Virus record (IMG/VR): IMGVR_UViG_2884683641_000001
Location: 62 to 64,061 of that record
Reading direction: 5' to 3' (one strand)
Source of the DNA: a virus
Length of the DNA stretch: 64,000 nucleotides
Shown: in pieces, positions 35,072-44,607 of the stretch
How the letters are laid out: every line of letters begins with the position of its first letter
How positions within the stretch are numbered: the first letter of the stretch is position 1
Notes under the pieces: model-generated
Seen by the model: the letters and a program-made list of their open reading frames with translations, nothing else
What the model was told of the DNA's origin: nothing
Databases searched by the model: none
Position numbers and translations under genes: made by a program

Positions 35072-35524
35072 ATGATGAATGTACAAAAGACATACATGGA
35101 AGCAAAGCAACGAGCTGACCAAGGATTGGCGGCAGATGAGATGGCGGATTGGTTCATCAAAACCATCCTATCAGCCGAACAATTGGATTTTCCGGAGCCG
35201 AAGCACTTGCTTATTGCTGATGGCTCTCCTCGTGGCTGGGCGCTCTATGTTGGGGCACATCGAAAGGATTTCGCTGGCATTGTCCAGCACGCGCGAATGG
35301 ATGGGCAGATCATAGGTCAACTTGTTTTGAGAGAGTCTTTGCCTAATGGCGAGTTCGGCCCGATAATCTTCTCTCGCAAGATTCTGGAGGCTGGGTTCGA
35401 GTTTAGCGATGGTAGCGTTGTTCATCCTTACTACATGGGCGAGACGACGAATCCAACGCAAACTCGGAGGCGTATAGCAATAGAATTGCTGCACGCAATT
35501 CAAGAAGCTCTCCCGCAAATTTAA
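35072..35524 (+). CDS. AT-richer moron, hypothetical (150 aa)
   Basis: GGGAGA SD; followed by its own terminator. Confidence 0.7.
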   Translation: MMNVQKTYMEAKQRADQGLAADEMADWFIKTILSAEQLDFPEPKHLLIADGSPRGWALYVGAHRKDFAGIVQHARMDGQIIGQLVLRESLPNGEFGPIIFSRKILEAGFEFSDGSVVHPYYMGETTNPTQTRRRIAIELLHAIQEALPQI

Positions 35525-35534
35525 CCCCGCCCCG

Positions 35535-35559
35535 AACCGCCTACATGGCGGTTTTTTTT
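35535..35559 (+). terminator. Intrinsic terminator
   Basis: AACCGCC-TACAT-GGCGGTT-TTTTTT. Confidence 0.85.
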
Positions 35560-35561
35560 CA

Positions 35562-35807
35562 ATGAATAAAATCCAGCATCCATCGAACAACGACGTACTC
35601 GGCGCGCCGGCTGGTTGGGACCAGGGCGAACTGCCTTGCTCCGCGCTGCCGATCACGCGCGCCAAGTTTGGCGACATGGAGGCGGTCGTCTCCTACTGGC
35701 GCCCTAGCCAGGAAGAGCTGGCCGTGCTGAACGCCGGCGGAAGTGTCGAGCTGGCCATCCTCGGACGCACCATGCCACCGGTGATGCTGTCGGTCGACCA
35801 GCAGTAG
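35562..35807 (+). CDS. Conserved phage hypothetical protein
   Basis: GAPAGWD...CSALP...SYWRPSQEEL. Confidence 0.7.
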   Translation: MNKIQHPSNNDVLGAPAGWDQGELPCSALPITRAKFGDMEAVVSYWRPSQEELAVLNAGGSVELAILGRTMPPVMLSVDQQ

Positions 35808-35809
35808 CG

Positions 35810-36439
35810 ATGGCTAAGAAGCCAGCCGCGCCAAGCGCGGGCCGCCCGCTGCCGCCGGAGTCGTTCGCCGACCCGATGAACATCCGGTTCGTGCCTGCGC
35901 CCGAGGTGCTGACCTGGGCGCGCCGCGAGATCCTGACCGAGGGCGGCCAGCTATTCAATGAAGACCACGCGCACCTGGAATACGCCGATGTGCAGTTCCT
36001 CTGGGCGCCTGGCAGCTTTGCCAAGCAAGGCCGCACGGTGATCGGCCAATGCGAGGAGGTCACCTTCCGCTGCGGGCCGTGGCAGAAAGGCCGCCAGCAA
36101 CAGCAGATGTCCGACTGGTTCGGCTACGTACCCGCGTACCTGATCACGCTCGACGCACGCTACTGCTTGGAGTGCAGCGACGCCGAGTTTTGCGCGCTGG
36201 TGGAGCATGAGCTGATGCATATAGGACAGGAGCTCGACGAGTTCGGCTCACCCAAGTTCACTAAAGAAGGGCTCCCGAAACTAACGCTGCGCGCACATGA
36301 CATTGAAGAATTCGTCGGCGTGGTGGCTCGTTATGGCGCGACGCCAGAGGTTCAGCGGCTGATAGATGCGGTCGCAGCTGGCCCGACGGTGAGCTCTGCG
36401 TCAATCAGCCGCGCTTGCGGCACATGCTCCCGAGGATGA
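35810..36439 (+). CDS. Phage putative metallopeptidase
   Basis: LVEHELMHIG...HDIEEFVGVVARYG. Confidence 0.85.
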   Translation: MAKKPAAPSAGRPLPPESFADPMNIRFVPAPEVLTWARREILTEGGQLFNEDHAHLEYADVQFLWAPGSFAKQGRTVIGQCEEVTFRCGPWQKGRQQQQMSDWFGYVPAYLITLDARYCLECSDAEFCALVEHELMHIGQELDEFGSPKFTKEGLPKLTLRAHDIEEFVGVVARYGATPEVQRLIDAVAAGPTVSSASISRACGTCSRG

Positions 36440-36440
36440 T

Positions 36441-36938
36441 ATGGATATGGAAGAGTGGCGTGTCGCGCCCGGCTGGCCGAATTACGCAGTTAGCTCGCAT
36501 GGTCGCGTTAAGCGCCTGACGACTCGCAACAGCGGCGTGGCCGGTGCGATTCTCGCATCATTTCTGGTATGTGGTTACCCATCGGTGAATCTCTCAGCTC
36601 CTGGCACTCGCAAATCCGTTCGCATTCACCGACTGGTGGCTGAAGCGTTCCTTGAACAACCCCAAGGTGCAACGGAGGTTAATCACATCGACGCGAGCAG
36701 GGATAACAACCACGTCGCCAATTTGGAATGGGTGACTGCCAGTGGTAACCGGCTGCATGCCTACAGCTACGGCAAATTGCGCGCTGCCGGAGAATCGAAC
36801 GGTTACTCCAAACTAACTGAACATGCCGTGGCTGCAATTCGCGGCGCGGGCGCTGAGGAGATGCTGGCGAGACAGTTCGGCGTTTCCGTCCGCACTGTGC
36901 GCGATGTGCGTGCGCGCCGCACTTGGAACCACATTTAA
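36441..36938 (+). CDS. NUMOD4-HNH endonuclease
   Basis: WRVAPGWPNYAVSSHGRVK; HRLVAEAF; VNHIDASRDNNHVANLEW. Confidence 0.92.
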   Translation: MDMEEWRVAPGWPNYAVSSHGRVKRLTTRNSGVAGAILASFLVCGYPSVNLSAPGTRKSVRIHRLVAEAFLEQPQGATEVNHIDASRDNNHVANLEWVTASGNRLHAYSYGKLRAAGESNGYSKLTEHAVAAIRGAGAEEMLARQFGVSVRTVRDVRARRTWNHI

Positions 36939-37004
36939 GGGCACTGATACCTGTCTGCTGAAGGCGGCTTGACATTGACGGCCCCTTGACGGAAGGCAAC
37001 CCAT

Positions 37005-37484
37005 ATGGCTGCACTCAAGGATGACGTCAAAGCCTTCATCGTGCAGGCGCTGGCGTGCTTCGACAAGCCGACGCAGGTTGTCGCGCAGGTCAAGGAAGAA
37101 TTCAAGCTCGACGTCACCCGCCAGCAGGTGGAGACGTACGACCCGACCAAGTACGCCGGCCGGACTCTGAACATCAAGTGGCGCACGCTGTTCGAAGACA
37201 CGCGCAAGCGCTTCCGCGAAGAGACGGCCGAGATCGGGATTGCCAATCGTGCCTATCGCCTTCGCGCTTTGGACCGGATGGCCGAAAGGGCTGAGAGCAA
37301 AGGCAACATGCCTCTGGCCATGCAGATCATCGAGCAGGCCGCCAAGGAAGTCGGCGACGTCTACGTGAACCGCCGCCTGGACGCGCCAAGAGCGCCAGTC
37401 GGCACCGATGACGGCGGCATCCCGAAGACGCCCGAGTACGTGCTGAAGCCTGACGAAGATGTCCCAGACCAGCCCATACTCTGA
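37005..37484 (+). CDS. terS: Terminase small subunit (DUF2280-like)
   Basis: MAALKDDVKAFIVQALACFDKP...IGIANRAYRLRAL; precedes TerL. Confidence 0.85.
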   Translation: MAALKDDVKAFIVQALACFDKPTQVVAQVKEEFKLDVTRQQVETYDPTKYAGRTLNIKWRTLFEDTRKRFREETAEIGIANRAYRLRALDRMAERAESKGNMPLAMQIIEQAAKEVGDVYVNRRLDAPRAPVGTDDGGIPKTPEYVLKPDEDVPDQPIL

Positions 37485-38778
37485 TCCGCCGGTCGTCCTG
37501 ACGCCGAAGCAGGCGAACATCTACGTCTGGGGTTGGCAGAAAAAAGCGCGCTTCCGTGACGCGGTGTGCGGCCGGCGCTTCGGCAAGACGTTCCTCGGCA
37601 AGGCTGAGATCCGGCGCGCTGTTCGCCTGGCGGCCGAGTGGGGCGTCAGCGTTGAGGACGAAATCTGGTACGGCGCGCCGACGTTCAAGCAGGCCAAGCG
37701 CGTTTTTTGGCGACGCCTGAAACAGGCCATCCCCTCCAGTTGGCGCGCGAGCAAGCCGAACGAGACCGAGTGTTCGATCACGACGAAGGCCGGCCACGTG
37801 GTGCGCATCGTCGGCCTGGACGCCTACGACAACCTGCGCGGCTCGGGACTCTTCTTCGCGCTGGTGGACGAATGGGCGGACTGCCCGTACGAGGCTTGGG
37901 AGGAAGTCTTGCGGCCGATGCTGTCGACGTGCCGCTATAGCGTCAACGGCGAGCAGCGGATTGGCGGCCACGCGCTACGGATCGGCACGCCGAAGGGCTT
38001 CAACCACTGCTACGACAGCTATCTGGACGGGCAGGGTAAAGAGCCGGACCACAAAAGCTGGCTGTACACCTCGGTCGATGGCGGTAATGTGCCGGTGGAA
38101 GAGCTCGAGGCGGCGCGGCGCAAGATGGACCCGCGCACGTTCCGGCAGGAGTACCTGGCCAGCTTCGAGAACTACCAAGGCGTCATCTACTACTGCTTCG
38201 ACCGCCGGAAGAATCACACCGACGACACGGTCAAGCCCGGCGACGCGCTGCACATCGGCATGGACTTCAACGTGGGCAAGATGGCCGCGGTGGTGTTTGT
38301 GATTCGCGACGGCCTGCCGCGCGCCGTGGATGAATTCTCGGAAGTGTTCGATACGCCGGCCATGATCCAGAAAATCAAGGATCGCTACCAGCAGGCCGGC
38401 CAGCAGCATACGATCGCGGTCTATCCGGATGCGTCCGGCCAGAATCGCAAGTCGAGTTGCGCGAGCGAGTCGGACCTGTCGCTGCTGCGCGGCGCGAAGT
38501 TCACCGTGGTGGTTGACTCGACCAACCCGTCAGTCAAAGACCGCATCAACAGCATGAACGCCATGCTGTGCAATACGTACGACGAGCGTCGGCTGCTGGT
38601 GAACACGAATAAGTGCCAGAAGTTCACGCTCTGCCTTGAGCGCCAGATCTACGACGACAAGGGCGAGCCGGACAAGAAGGGCGGCTTCGACCACAACAAC
38701 GACGCCGGTGGCTACTTCATCACGAAGCGCTGGCCGGTCGTCAAGCGCAATGCCCAGGCGGGCGAGCTCCGAATCTAA
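37459..38778 (+). CDS. terL: Terminase large subunit
   Basis: CGRRFGKT, NLRG, VDEWAD, IGTPKG, IGMDFN, YPDASG. Confidence 0.95.
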   Translation: MSQTSPYSDPPVVLTPKQANIYVWGWQKKARFRDAVCGRRFGKTFLGKAEIRRAVRLAAEWGVSVEDEIWYGAPTFKQAKRVFWRRLKQAIPSSWRASKPNETECSITTKAGHVVRIVGLDAYDNLRGSGLFFALVDEWADCPYEAWEEVLRPMLSTCRYSVNGEQRIGGHALRIGTPKGFNHCYDSYLDGQGKEPDHKSWLYTSVDGGNVPVEELEAARRKMDPRTFRQEYLASFENYQGVIYYCFDRRKNHTDDTVKPGDALHIGMDFNVGKMAAVVFVIRDGLPRAVDEFSEVFDTPAMIQKIKDRYQQAGQQHTIAVYPDASGQNRKSSCASESDLSLLRGAKFTVVVDSTNPSVKDRINSMNAMLCNTYDERRLLVNTNKCQKFTLCLERQIYDDKGEPDKKGGFDHNNDAGGYFITKRWPVVKRNAQAGELRI

Positions 38779-38789
38779 GCAAGGAATCT

Positions 38790-40247
38790 ATGTCCAAGGT
38801 CAACGACAAATCATCAGCCGTCGCGGCCATGGAGGGCGACTGGGCGAAGATCGACGCTTTGGTGGGCGGCACGAAGGCGATGCGTGCTGCCGGCACGGAC
38901 TTCTTACCTAAGTTTCCAGCCGAGAGTCAAGAAGCTTACGACTTCCGCAAGAAAACCAGCACGCTGTACAACGCGACCGGCCGCACCATCGAGAACATGG
39001 CGGCCAAGCCGTTCGCCGAGGCGACGACCGTGCGCGATATCGAAGAGCCGGGTAAGACGTGGCTCGAAAACATCGATTTGTGCGGTAACAACGTGACCGT
39101 GTTCGCGCACAAGCTGCTGCAGGCGGGCTTGGCGTACGGCCTGACGCACATCCTGGTCGACATGCCCACCACCGTCGATAAAGACGGCAAAGCGCTGTAC
39201 CCGACCAAGGCGGCGGAGCAGTCTGCAGGCGTGCGGCCGTACCTGGTGCACATCACCCCGAAGCAGATCCTCGGCTGGCGCAGCACGCGCGGCGCCGACG
39301 GACAGGAATCGCTGGCGATGCTGCGCTTCATGGAATCGGTCGAAGAGAACAATGGCGAGTTCGGTACCAAGACCATCGCGCAGATTCGCGTGCTGACGCC
39401 GACGACCTGGGCTACCTACCGTAAGGTTGAAAAGCCGACCAGCGGCCAGGCCGCCGAAGAATGGTCGTTGGACAAATCTGGCCCAGTCTCGCTGGGCAAA
39501 GTGCCGCTGGTGACCTTCTACACGAAGCGCACCGGCTTCATGACCGCCGTTCCGCCGCTGCTGGACATGGCGGACCTGAACATCAAGCACTGGCAGTCGT
39601 CGAGCGATCAGGATTCGATCCTGCACACCGCGCGCGTGCCGGTCTTGGCCATCTCCGGCGTGCAGGACGACGACAAGATCGAGATCGGACCGAAAGCCTT
39701 CCTGCGGCTGCCGATCGGTGCTGAGGCCAAATACATCGAGCACTCCGGCGCGGCGATCGAGGCCGGCCGCCTGTCGCTGAAGGATCTGGAAGACCAGATG
39801 CGCGCCATGGGCGCCGAGCTGTTGGTGGAATCTCAGGTGGCCACGACCGCCACGCAGAACAACATCGAGGACGGCGAGGCCAAAAGCCAGTTGAAGCTGA
39901 TGGTTGAGGGCGAAGAGGATGCGCTGGACAACGCCATCACACTGATGCACGAGTGGGTGGGCCTGGAGTTCAAGGGCAAGACCGACATCTTCAAGGACTT
40001 CTCGTCCGATGCGATCCTGGCCGCGGCGGCGCCGTTTGTCCTGTCGCTGGTGCAGCTGGTGAACAACCGCCTGATGTCGAAAGAGGACGCGTTCAACGAA
40101 ATGCGCCGCTACGGCATCATCAATCCGGACCTGGTCTGGGCCGACGTGCAGGAGCGCATCGCCGCCGAGCCGCCGGAGTTCGACATGGGCATGCTTGGCG
40201 CGCCAACTCCCAGCTCGGCGCCCGCACCGGCACCGGCTGCTGACTAA
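38790..40247 (+). CDS. Portal protein (DUF4055-like)
   Basis: Position after TerL; GLTHILVDMP, DLNIKHWQSSSD. Confidence 0.88.
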   Translation: MSKVNDKSSAVAAMEGDWAKIDALVGGTKAMRAAGTDFLPKFPAESQEAYDFRKKTSTLYNATGRTIENMAAKPFAEATTVRDIEEPGKTWLENIDLCGNNVTVFAHKLLQAGLAYGLTHILVDMPTTVDKDGKALYPTKAAEQSAGVRPYLVHITPKQILGWRSTRGADGQESLAMLRFMESVEENNGEFGTKTIAQIRVLTPTTWATYRKVEKPTSGQAAEEWSLDKSGPVSLGKVPLVTFYTKRTGFMTAVPPLLDMADLNIKHWQSSSDQDSILHTARVPVLAISGVQDDDKIEIGPKAFLRLPIGAEAKYIEHSGAAIEAGRLSLKDLEDQMRAMGAELLVESQVATTATQNNIEDGEAKSQLKLMVEGEEDALDNAITLMHEWVGLEFKGKTDIFKDFSSDAILAAAAPFVLSLVQLVNNRLMSKEDAFNEMRRYGIINPDLVWADVQERIAAEPPEFDMGMLGAPTPSSAPAPAPAAD

Positions 40248-41398
40248 TGAGCGCGCTCGAGCAGTGGCTGCTGGAGGTGCTGCTGGCCAACGGCGTCAAC
40301 ATGCTGCGCGCCGAGGCCGAAATCAAGGCCAAGGTGATCGCGCTGCTGGTGCTGATGCAAAAGGACATCGTCGCGCTGCTGGCGAACGCGGTGGAGATGT
40401 CCGACGCCGGCAAGCAGGCGAAGGCGGCCGTGCTGCGCGAATCGAACGCGCTGATTGCCAAATATTACGGTCAGGCGCAGCTGCAGATGGACCTGCGCGC
40501 GGTCGCCGAAGTCGAAGCGCTGGGCGTCAAGAAGGCGCTGACCAGCGTGATCGGCCGCGCGGCGCCGGGCGAGATCAGCGCGGCTGTGCGCATGGGTATC
40601 GGCATCCCGACCGAGGGTTACCTGAAGAAGCTGGCCAGCGACATCCTCATCCAAGGCTCGCCCGCGAAGAACTGGTGGTTGCGCCAGCAGCAGGACACGC
40701 AGTTCAAGGTCGCCAACCAAATCCGGATCGGCGCCGCCCAGGGTGAGACGAACGCGCAGATCATCAAGCGCATCGTTGGCGAAGAGGTCAAGGTTAAGCC
40801 GGCGCCCGCCGCGCCGACGGCGAAAGGTCCGGCGGTACCCGAAATCGTGCCGGGCCACCCGGGCGTCTTGCCGCTGGCGCGCAAGAATGCGGCAGCCGTT
40901 GTGCAAACCAGTATGACAACGGTCGCCGCCGCCGCGCGCCGCGCCACGCTCGAACTGAACCGCGATATCACCAACGGCATCATGCAGGTGAGCACGCTGG
41001 ACAGCCACACCAGCCTGACGTGCATCGCTTACAGCGGCGCGCAGTGGGATTGGGACTACCGGCCGATCAACGGCAACAAGCTGGAATACAACGGTGGCGT
41101 GCCGCGGCATTGGAACTGCCGTAGCGCCGAGGTGGCGATCATGAAGACGCTACGCGAGATGGGCATCGACATGGACGATCCGGATCCTGGCCAGCGCGCC
41201 TCGGCCGCCGGCCCGCTCAGTGCGAAGACCACCTTTGCCGACTTCCTCAAGGTGATGGGGCCGGCCTACCAAGACGAGACGCTGGGCAAGGGTAGGGCAG
41301 AGCTGTTCCGCGCCGGAAAGCTGACGCCGGCGCAGTTAGTGGACATGAGCGGCCGGCCGCTGTCGCTGGAAAAGCTGCGGGAGGCGTACGCGAACTGA
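40247..41398 (+). CDS. Minor head protein (SPP1 gp7/Mu gpF-like)
   Basis: STLDSHTSLTC...PRHWNCRS; YQDETLGKGRAELFR. Confidence 0.82.
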   Translation: MSALEQWLLEVLLANGVNMLRAEAEIKAKVIALLVLMQKDIVALLANAVEMSDAGKQAKAAVLRESNALIAKYYGQAQLQMDLRAVAEVEALGVKKALTSVIGRAAPGEISAAVRMGIGIPTEGYLKKLASDILIQGSPAKNWWLRQQQDTQFKVANQIRIGAAQGETNAQIIKRIVGEEVKVKPAPAAPTAKGPAVPEIVPGHPGVLPLARKNAAAVVQTSMTTVAAAARRATLELNRDITNGIMQVSTLDSHTSLTCIAYSGAQWDWDYRPINGNKLEYNGGVPRHWNCRSAEVAIMKTLREMGIDMDDPDPGQRASAAGPLSAKTTFADFLKVMGPAYQDETLGKGRAELFRAGKLTPAQLVDMSGRPLSLEKLREAYAN

Positions 41399-41412
41399 GG
41401 TAGAATCGGGGC

Positions 41413-41745
41413 ATGACCTTCGATGCCAAAACCTTACTTACCGCGCCGCTCCCGCCTGATCTGACGGTCGATAGGCTTGCGGTGGCGATCAAACACCTGC
41501 AGGAGCTGGGCCTCGGTGGTGCCACGATCAAGTTGCCCGATGGCGCCCCGCTGGGCGGTGTGGAGCTGGTGGCGCAGGGCGCTGAACCCGCCCATATCGT
41601 CTTCAAGCAAACGACCGGCGCCCGAGAGTGCGAACACGACTTTCAGCGCAGAGACATGTCGATGCCTAGGCCAGACGGAACACAGTCCCTTTACTACGCT
41701 TGCAAGCACTGCGGCTTGCGCAGGGAGCAAGTCATAGAAGCATAA
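41413..41745 (+). CDS. Moron-like hypothetical protein with a C-terminal Cys/His cluster
   Basis: CEHDF...YACKHCG; TAGAAT box 6 nt before the ATG; followed by a terminator. Confidence 0.7.
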   Translation: MTFDAKTLLTAPLPPDLTVDRLAVAIKHLQELGLGGATIKLPDGAPLGGVELVAQGAEPAHIVFKQTTGARECEHDFQRRDMSMPRPDGTQSLYYACKHCGLRREQVIEA

Positions 41746-41747
41746 GC

Positions 41748-41770
41748 AACCCGCCCAGGCGGGTTTTTTT
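41748..41770 (+). terminator. Intrinsic terminator
   Basis: AACCCGC-CCAG-GCGGGTT-TTTTT. Confidence 0.85.
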
Positions 41771-41888
41771 ACGTCTCAACGAAGGCCGCCCGGGCAACCT
41801 GGTGGCTTTTTTATTGCCGCAAGCGGATGCGACGCGGCGCAACGGCCGGACGGCCATCGATAGGGCGGATGCCCGGAAAGACCTCACC

Positions 41889-42701
41889 ATGCCATTCAAA
41901 ACCGATGCCAACGGCGCCATCGTGATCGACGCCGAAAAGAAACTGCCGATTTTCGTTCACACGAACGGCACCGAAGCGCCGTTCGACGCGGACGCCACGC
42001 TGGGCACCATCACCCGCCTGAACGGCGAGGCGAAGGGGCACCGTGAAGCCAAGGAAGCAGCGGAAGCGCGGCTGAAAGGCTTCGAAGGCATCGAAGACGG
42101 CGAGGCCGCACGCAAAGCGCTGGAAACCGTCAAAAGCCTGTCTGCTGGCGACCTGAAGACTGCCGCGCAGGTGCAGGAAATCAAGGACGCGGCCGCCCGC
42201 GCCGCGCAGGAGCAAGTCGCTGCCGCAGCCAAGGCCAGCGCCACCCAGATTCAAGAACTGACCGCGACGCTGGATAAGCGCACCGCAGAACTGAACAACC
42301 ATATGGTCGGCGGCGGCTTCTCGGGCTCCAAGCTGCTGAGCGACGACAAGCACCCAATGCGCCTGGCCATCCCCGCTGAGATGGCCCGCGCCTACTTCGG
42401 CGGAAATTTCAAGGTCGAAGACGGCAAGATCGTGCCGTACGACGCTGCCGGCAACAAGATCTACTCTCCGACCCGCCCCGGCGAAGTCGCCGACTTCGAC
42501 GAAGGCCTCGCTCAGCTGGTGCAGGCGTGCCCGTTCAAGGACCAGATCCTGAAGGGCTCCGGCGCATCCGGCAGCGGCGCCCATCAAAGCGGCAAGTCGG
42601 GCAGTGGCGGCAAGCGTGAAATTACGCGCGCCCAGTTCGACGGCATGGACGCCGGCGCCCGCCAGGCCGCCATCAAGGAAGGCGCCGTGTTCGTGGACTG
42701 A
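41889..42701 (+). CDS. Head scaffolding protein (start MPFKTD)
   Basis: Coiled coil, GSGASGSGA linker, C-terminal ITRAQFDGM; precedes the capsid gene. Confidence 0.8.
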   Translation: MPFKTDANGAIVIDAEKKLPIFVHTNGTEAPFDADATLGTITRLNGEAKGHREAKEAAEARLKGFEGIEDGEAARKALETVKSLSAGDLKTAAQVQEIKDAAARAAQEQVAAAAKASATQIQELTATLDKRTAELNNHMVGGGFSGSKLLSDDKHPMRLAIPAEMARAYFGGNFKVEDGKIVPYDAAGNKIYSPTRPGEVADFDEGLAQLVQACPFKDQILKGSGASGSGAHQSGKSGSGGKREITRAQFDGMDAGARQAAIKEGAVFVD

Positions 42702-42810
42702 GCCCCTGCCGTCGGCAGCAATTTAAGTAATGCAGCTGCCATGACCCGGATGGGGATTGGTGTTTTGGGCTGGATGGCCTAACAAATCTGACAACTCAAC
42801 TCACTCGATA

Positions 42811-42835
42811 AGGCTCGCTTCGGCGGGCCTTTTTT
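42811..42835 (+). terminator. Intrinsic terminator in the capsid leader
   Basis: AGGCTCGC-TTCG-GCGGGCCT-TTTTT. Confidence 0.75.
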
Positions 42836-42855
42836 CATCTCCGAAAGGTTTTAAC

Positions 42856-44025
42856 ATGGGTGCACTCACTCTGACTGGTCTGATCCCAACCATCTACGAA
42901 GCGATGGATGTCGTGTCGCGCGAGAAAATTGGTTTCATCACCGCGGTATCGCAGGACTTCAGCGCCGAACGTGCCGCGCTGAATCAGACCATCAGCTCGC
43001 CGGTCGTCGGCGCGATGGTGGCGGAAGACCTGACCCCGAGCCCATTCGCGCAAGACACGCCGAACCAATCGATCGGCAAGGTCGACATGACCATCTCGAA
43101 GTCCCGCTCGGTACCTTTCGGCATCACCGGCGAGGAGACCAAGGGCCTGCAATCGGCCGGCACGCTGGTGCAGATCAACCGTGACCGCATCGCCCAGGCG
43201 ATCCGTACGCTGAGCAACGAAATGGAAGTGGACCTGTACACTGAACTGTACAAGTCGGCCAGCCGCAGCTACGGCACCGCCGGCACCACGCCGTTCGGAA
43301 CTGCCAGCGATTTCTCGGACTTCGCCGGCATGAACGAGATTCTGGACGAGAACGGCGCGCCGGACTCGGATCGCCACCTGGTGCTGGGCTCGGCTGCGAT
43401 CCGCAACATTCGCGGCAAGCAGGCGGTGCTGTTCAAGGCGAACGAAGCTGGTACCGAAGACCTGCTGCGTCGCGGCATCATCGGCCAAGTTGAAGGCCTG
43501 GACATCCACCAGTCGGCGGCCATCAAAGGCACCGTCGCCGTCGGTACCGGCGCCTCGGCGACGACCAACACCGCAGGCTACGCGGTCGGCGCCACCGTGA
43601 TCACCCTGGCCGCCGCGGGTACCGGCGCGATCCTGGCTGGCGACTTTGTGCAGTTCGCCGGCGACTCGCGCAAATACCTGCTGGACGCCGGCAACGCCAA
43701 CGTTTCGGCCGGCGGCACCATCACGCTGTCCGAACCGGGCCTGCTGCAGGCTATTCCGCCGTCGGCGACGGCCGTCACCGTCGTGGCCGCCGCGACCCGC
43801 AACATCGCGTTCCACCGCACCGCGATCCAGCTGGCGACCCGCGCGCCGGCCATGCCGGAAGGTGGCGACTGCGCCGATGACGTGATGATGGTGACCGATC
43901 CAATCACCAAGATCACCTACGAGTTCGCGCTGTATCGCCAAAAGCGTCAGGTGCGTTACGAGGTCAACCTGGCGTGGGGCAAGAAGCTGATCGCCAAGCG
44001 CCACTCGGGCATCCTGCTGGGCTAA
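42856..44025 (+). CDS. Major capsid protein (P22-coat-like)
   Basis: LIPTIYEAMDVVSRE...AIRTLSNEME...APDSDRHLV; size and position. Confidence 0.88.
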   Translation: MGALTLTGLIPTIYEAMDVVSREKIGFITAVSQDFSAERAALNQTISSPVVGAMVAEDLTPSPFAQDTPNQSIGKVDMTISKSRSVPFGITGEETKGLQSAGTLVQINRDRIAQAIRTLSNEMEVDLYTELYKSASRSYGTAGTTPFGTASDFSDFAGMNEILDENGAPDSDRHLVLGSAAIRNIRGKQAVLFKANEAGTEDLLRRGIIGQVEGLDIHQSAAIKGTVAVGTGASATTNTAGYAVGATVITLAAAGTGAILAGDFVQFAGDSRKYLLDAGNANVSAGGTITLSEPGLLQAIPPSATAVTVVAAATRNIAFHRTAIQLATRAPAMPEGGDCADDVMMVTDPITKITYEFALYRQKRQVRYEVNLAWGKKLIAKRHSGILLG

Positions 44026-44075
44026 TCCACCCGGCCCGGCTGCTGCGCGCCGCTGGGCCTCACCGCGAGTTCATC

Positions 44076-44549
44076 ATGACCACCATCAAAATCAAATCCA
44101 CCGACCCGGACAGCCAGGGTCCATTCGTCATCATCGAGAAGGCGGACTTCAATCCGGACAAGCACGAGCTGTTCGAAGGCGAGAGCCTGGGTGATGGCAC
44201 CGGCGCGGTCGGCCTGGGCGGCGACGGCGTGCCCACCCTGGCCGAACTGATGTCGGGCGCCAAGCAGTTGCAGGCCCGCAAAGAGCAGCTGGACGACTTC
44301 GAAATGCACCTGAACCAGCGCGCCAGTCTGCTGGATGAGCGCGAGCAGGCGGTGCTGGCGCGTGAGCAGGCCAACGAAGCGGAAGCGCTGCGCCTGGCCG
44401 CGCTGGCTGCCGCTGGCACCACCTCGGCGCCAACCGATCCCGCGGCAATGAGCAAAGAGCAGCTGCACGCTGCTCTGGACGCCAAGGGCACCAAGTACCC
44501 GGCAGCCGCAAACAAGGCTGAGCTGGTCGCGCTGCTGACTGGCGCCTGA
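44076..44549 (+). CDS. Head-associated protein with C-terminal HeH/LEM-like motif
   Basis: MSKEQLHAALDAKGTKYPAAANKAELVALL. Confidence 0.75.
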   Translation: MTTIKIKSTDPDSQGPFVIIEKADFNPDKHELFEGESLGDGTGAVGLGGDGVPTLAELMSGAKQLQARKEQLDDFEMHLNQRASLLDEREQAVLAREQANEAEALRLAALAAAGTTSAPTDPAAMSKEQLHAALDAKGTKYPAAANKAELVALLTGA

Positions 44550-44607
44550 TCGATGCAATCCCGCCCGCCGCGCGCGGGCTTTCTCCATTCTGCAACCGAG
44601 ATAGCCA

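Noticed and set aside
36441-36938. HNH gene as an intron or intein-associated element
   Set aside because: Free-standing between intact genes next to terS, a common arrangement; no split gene is evident.
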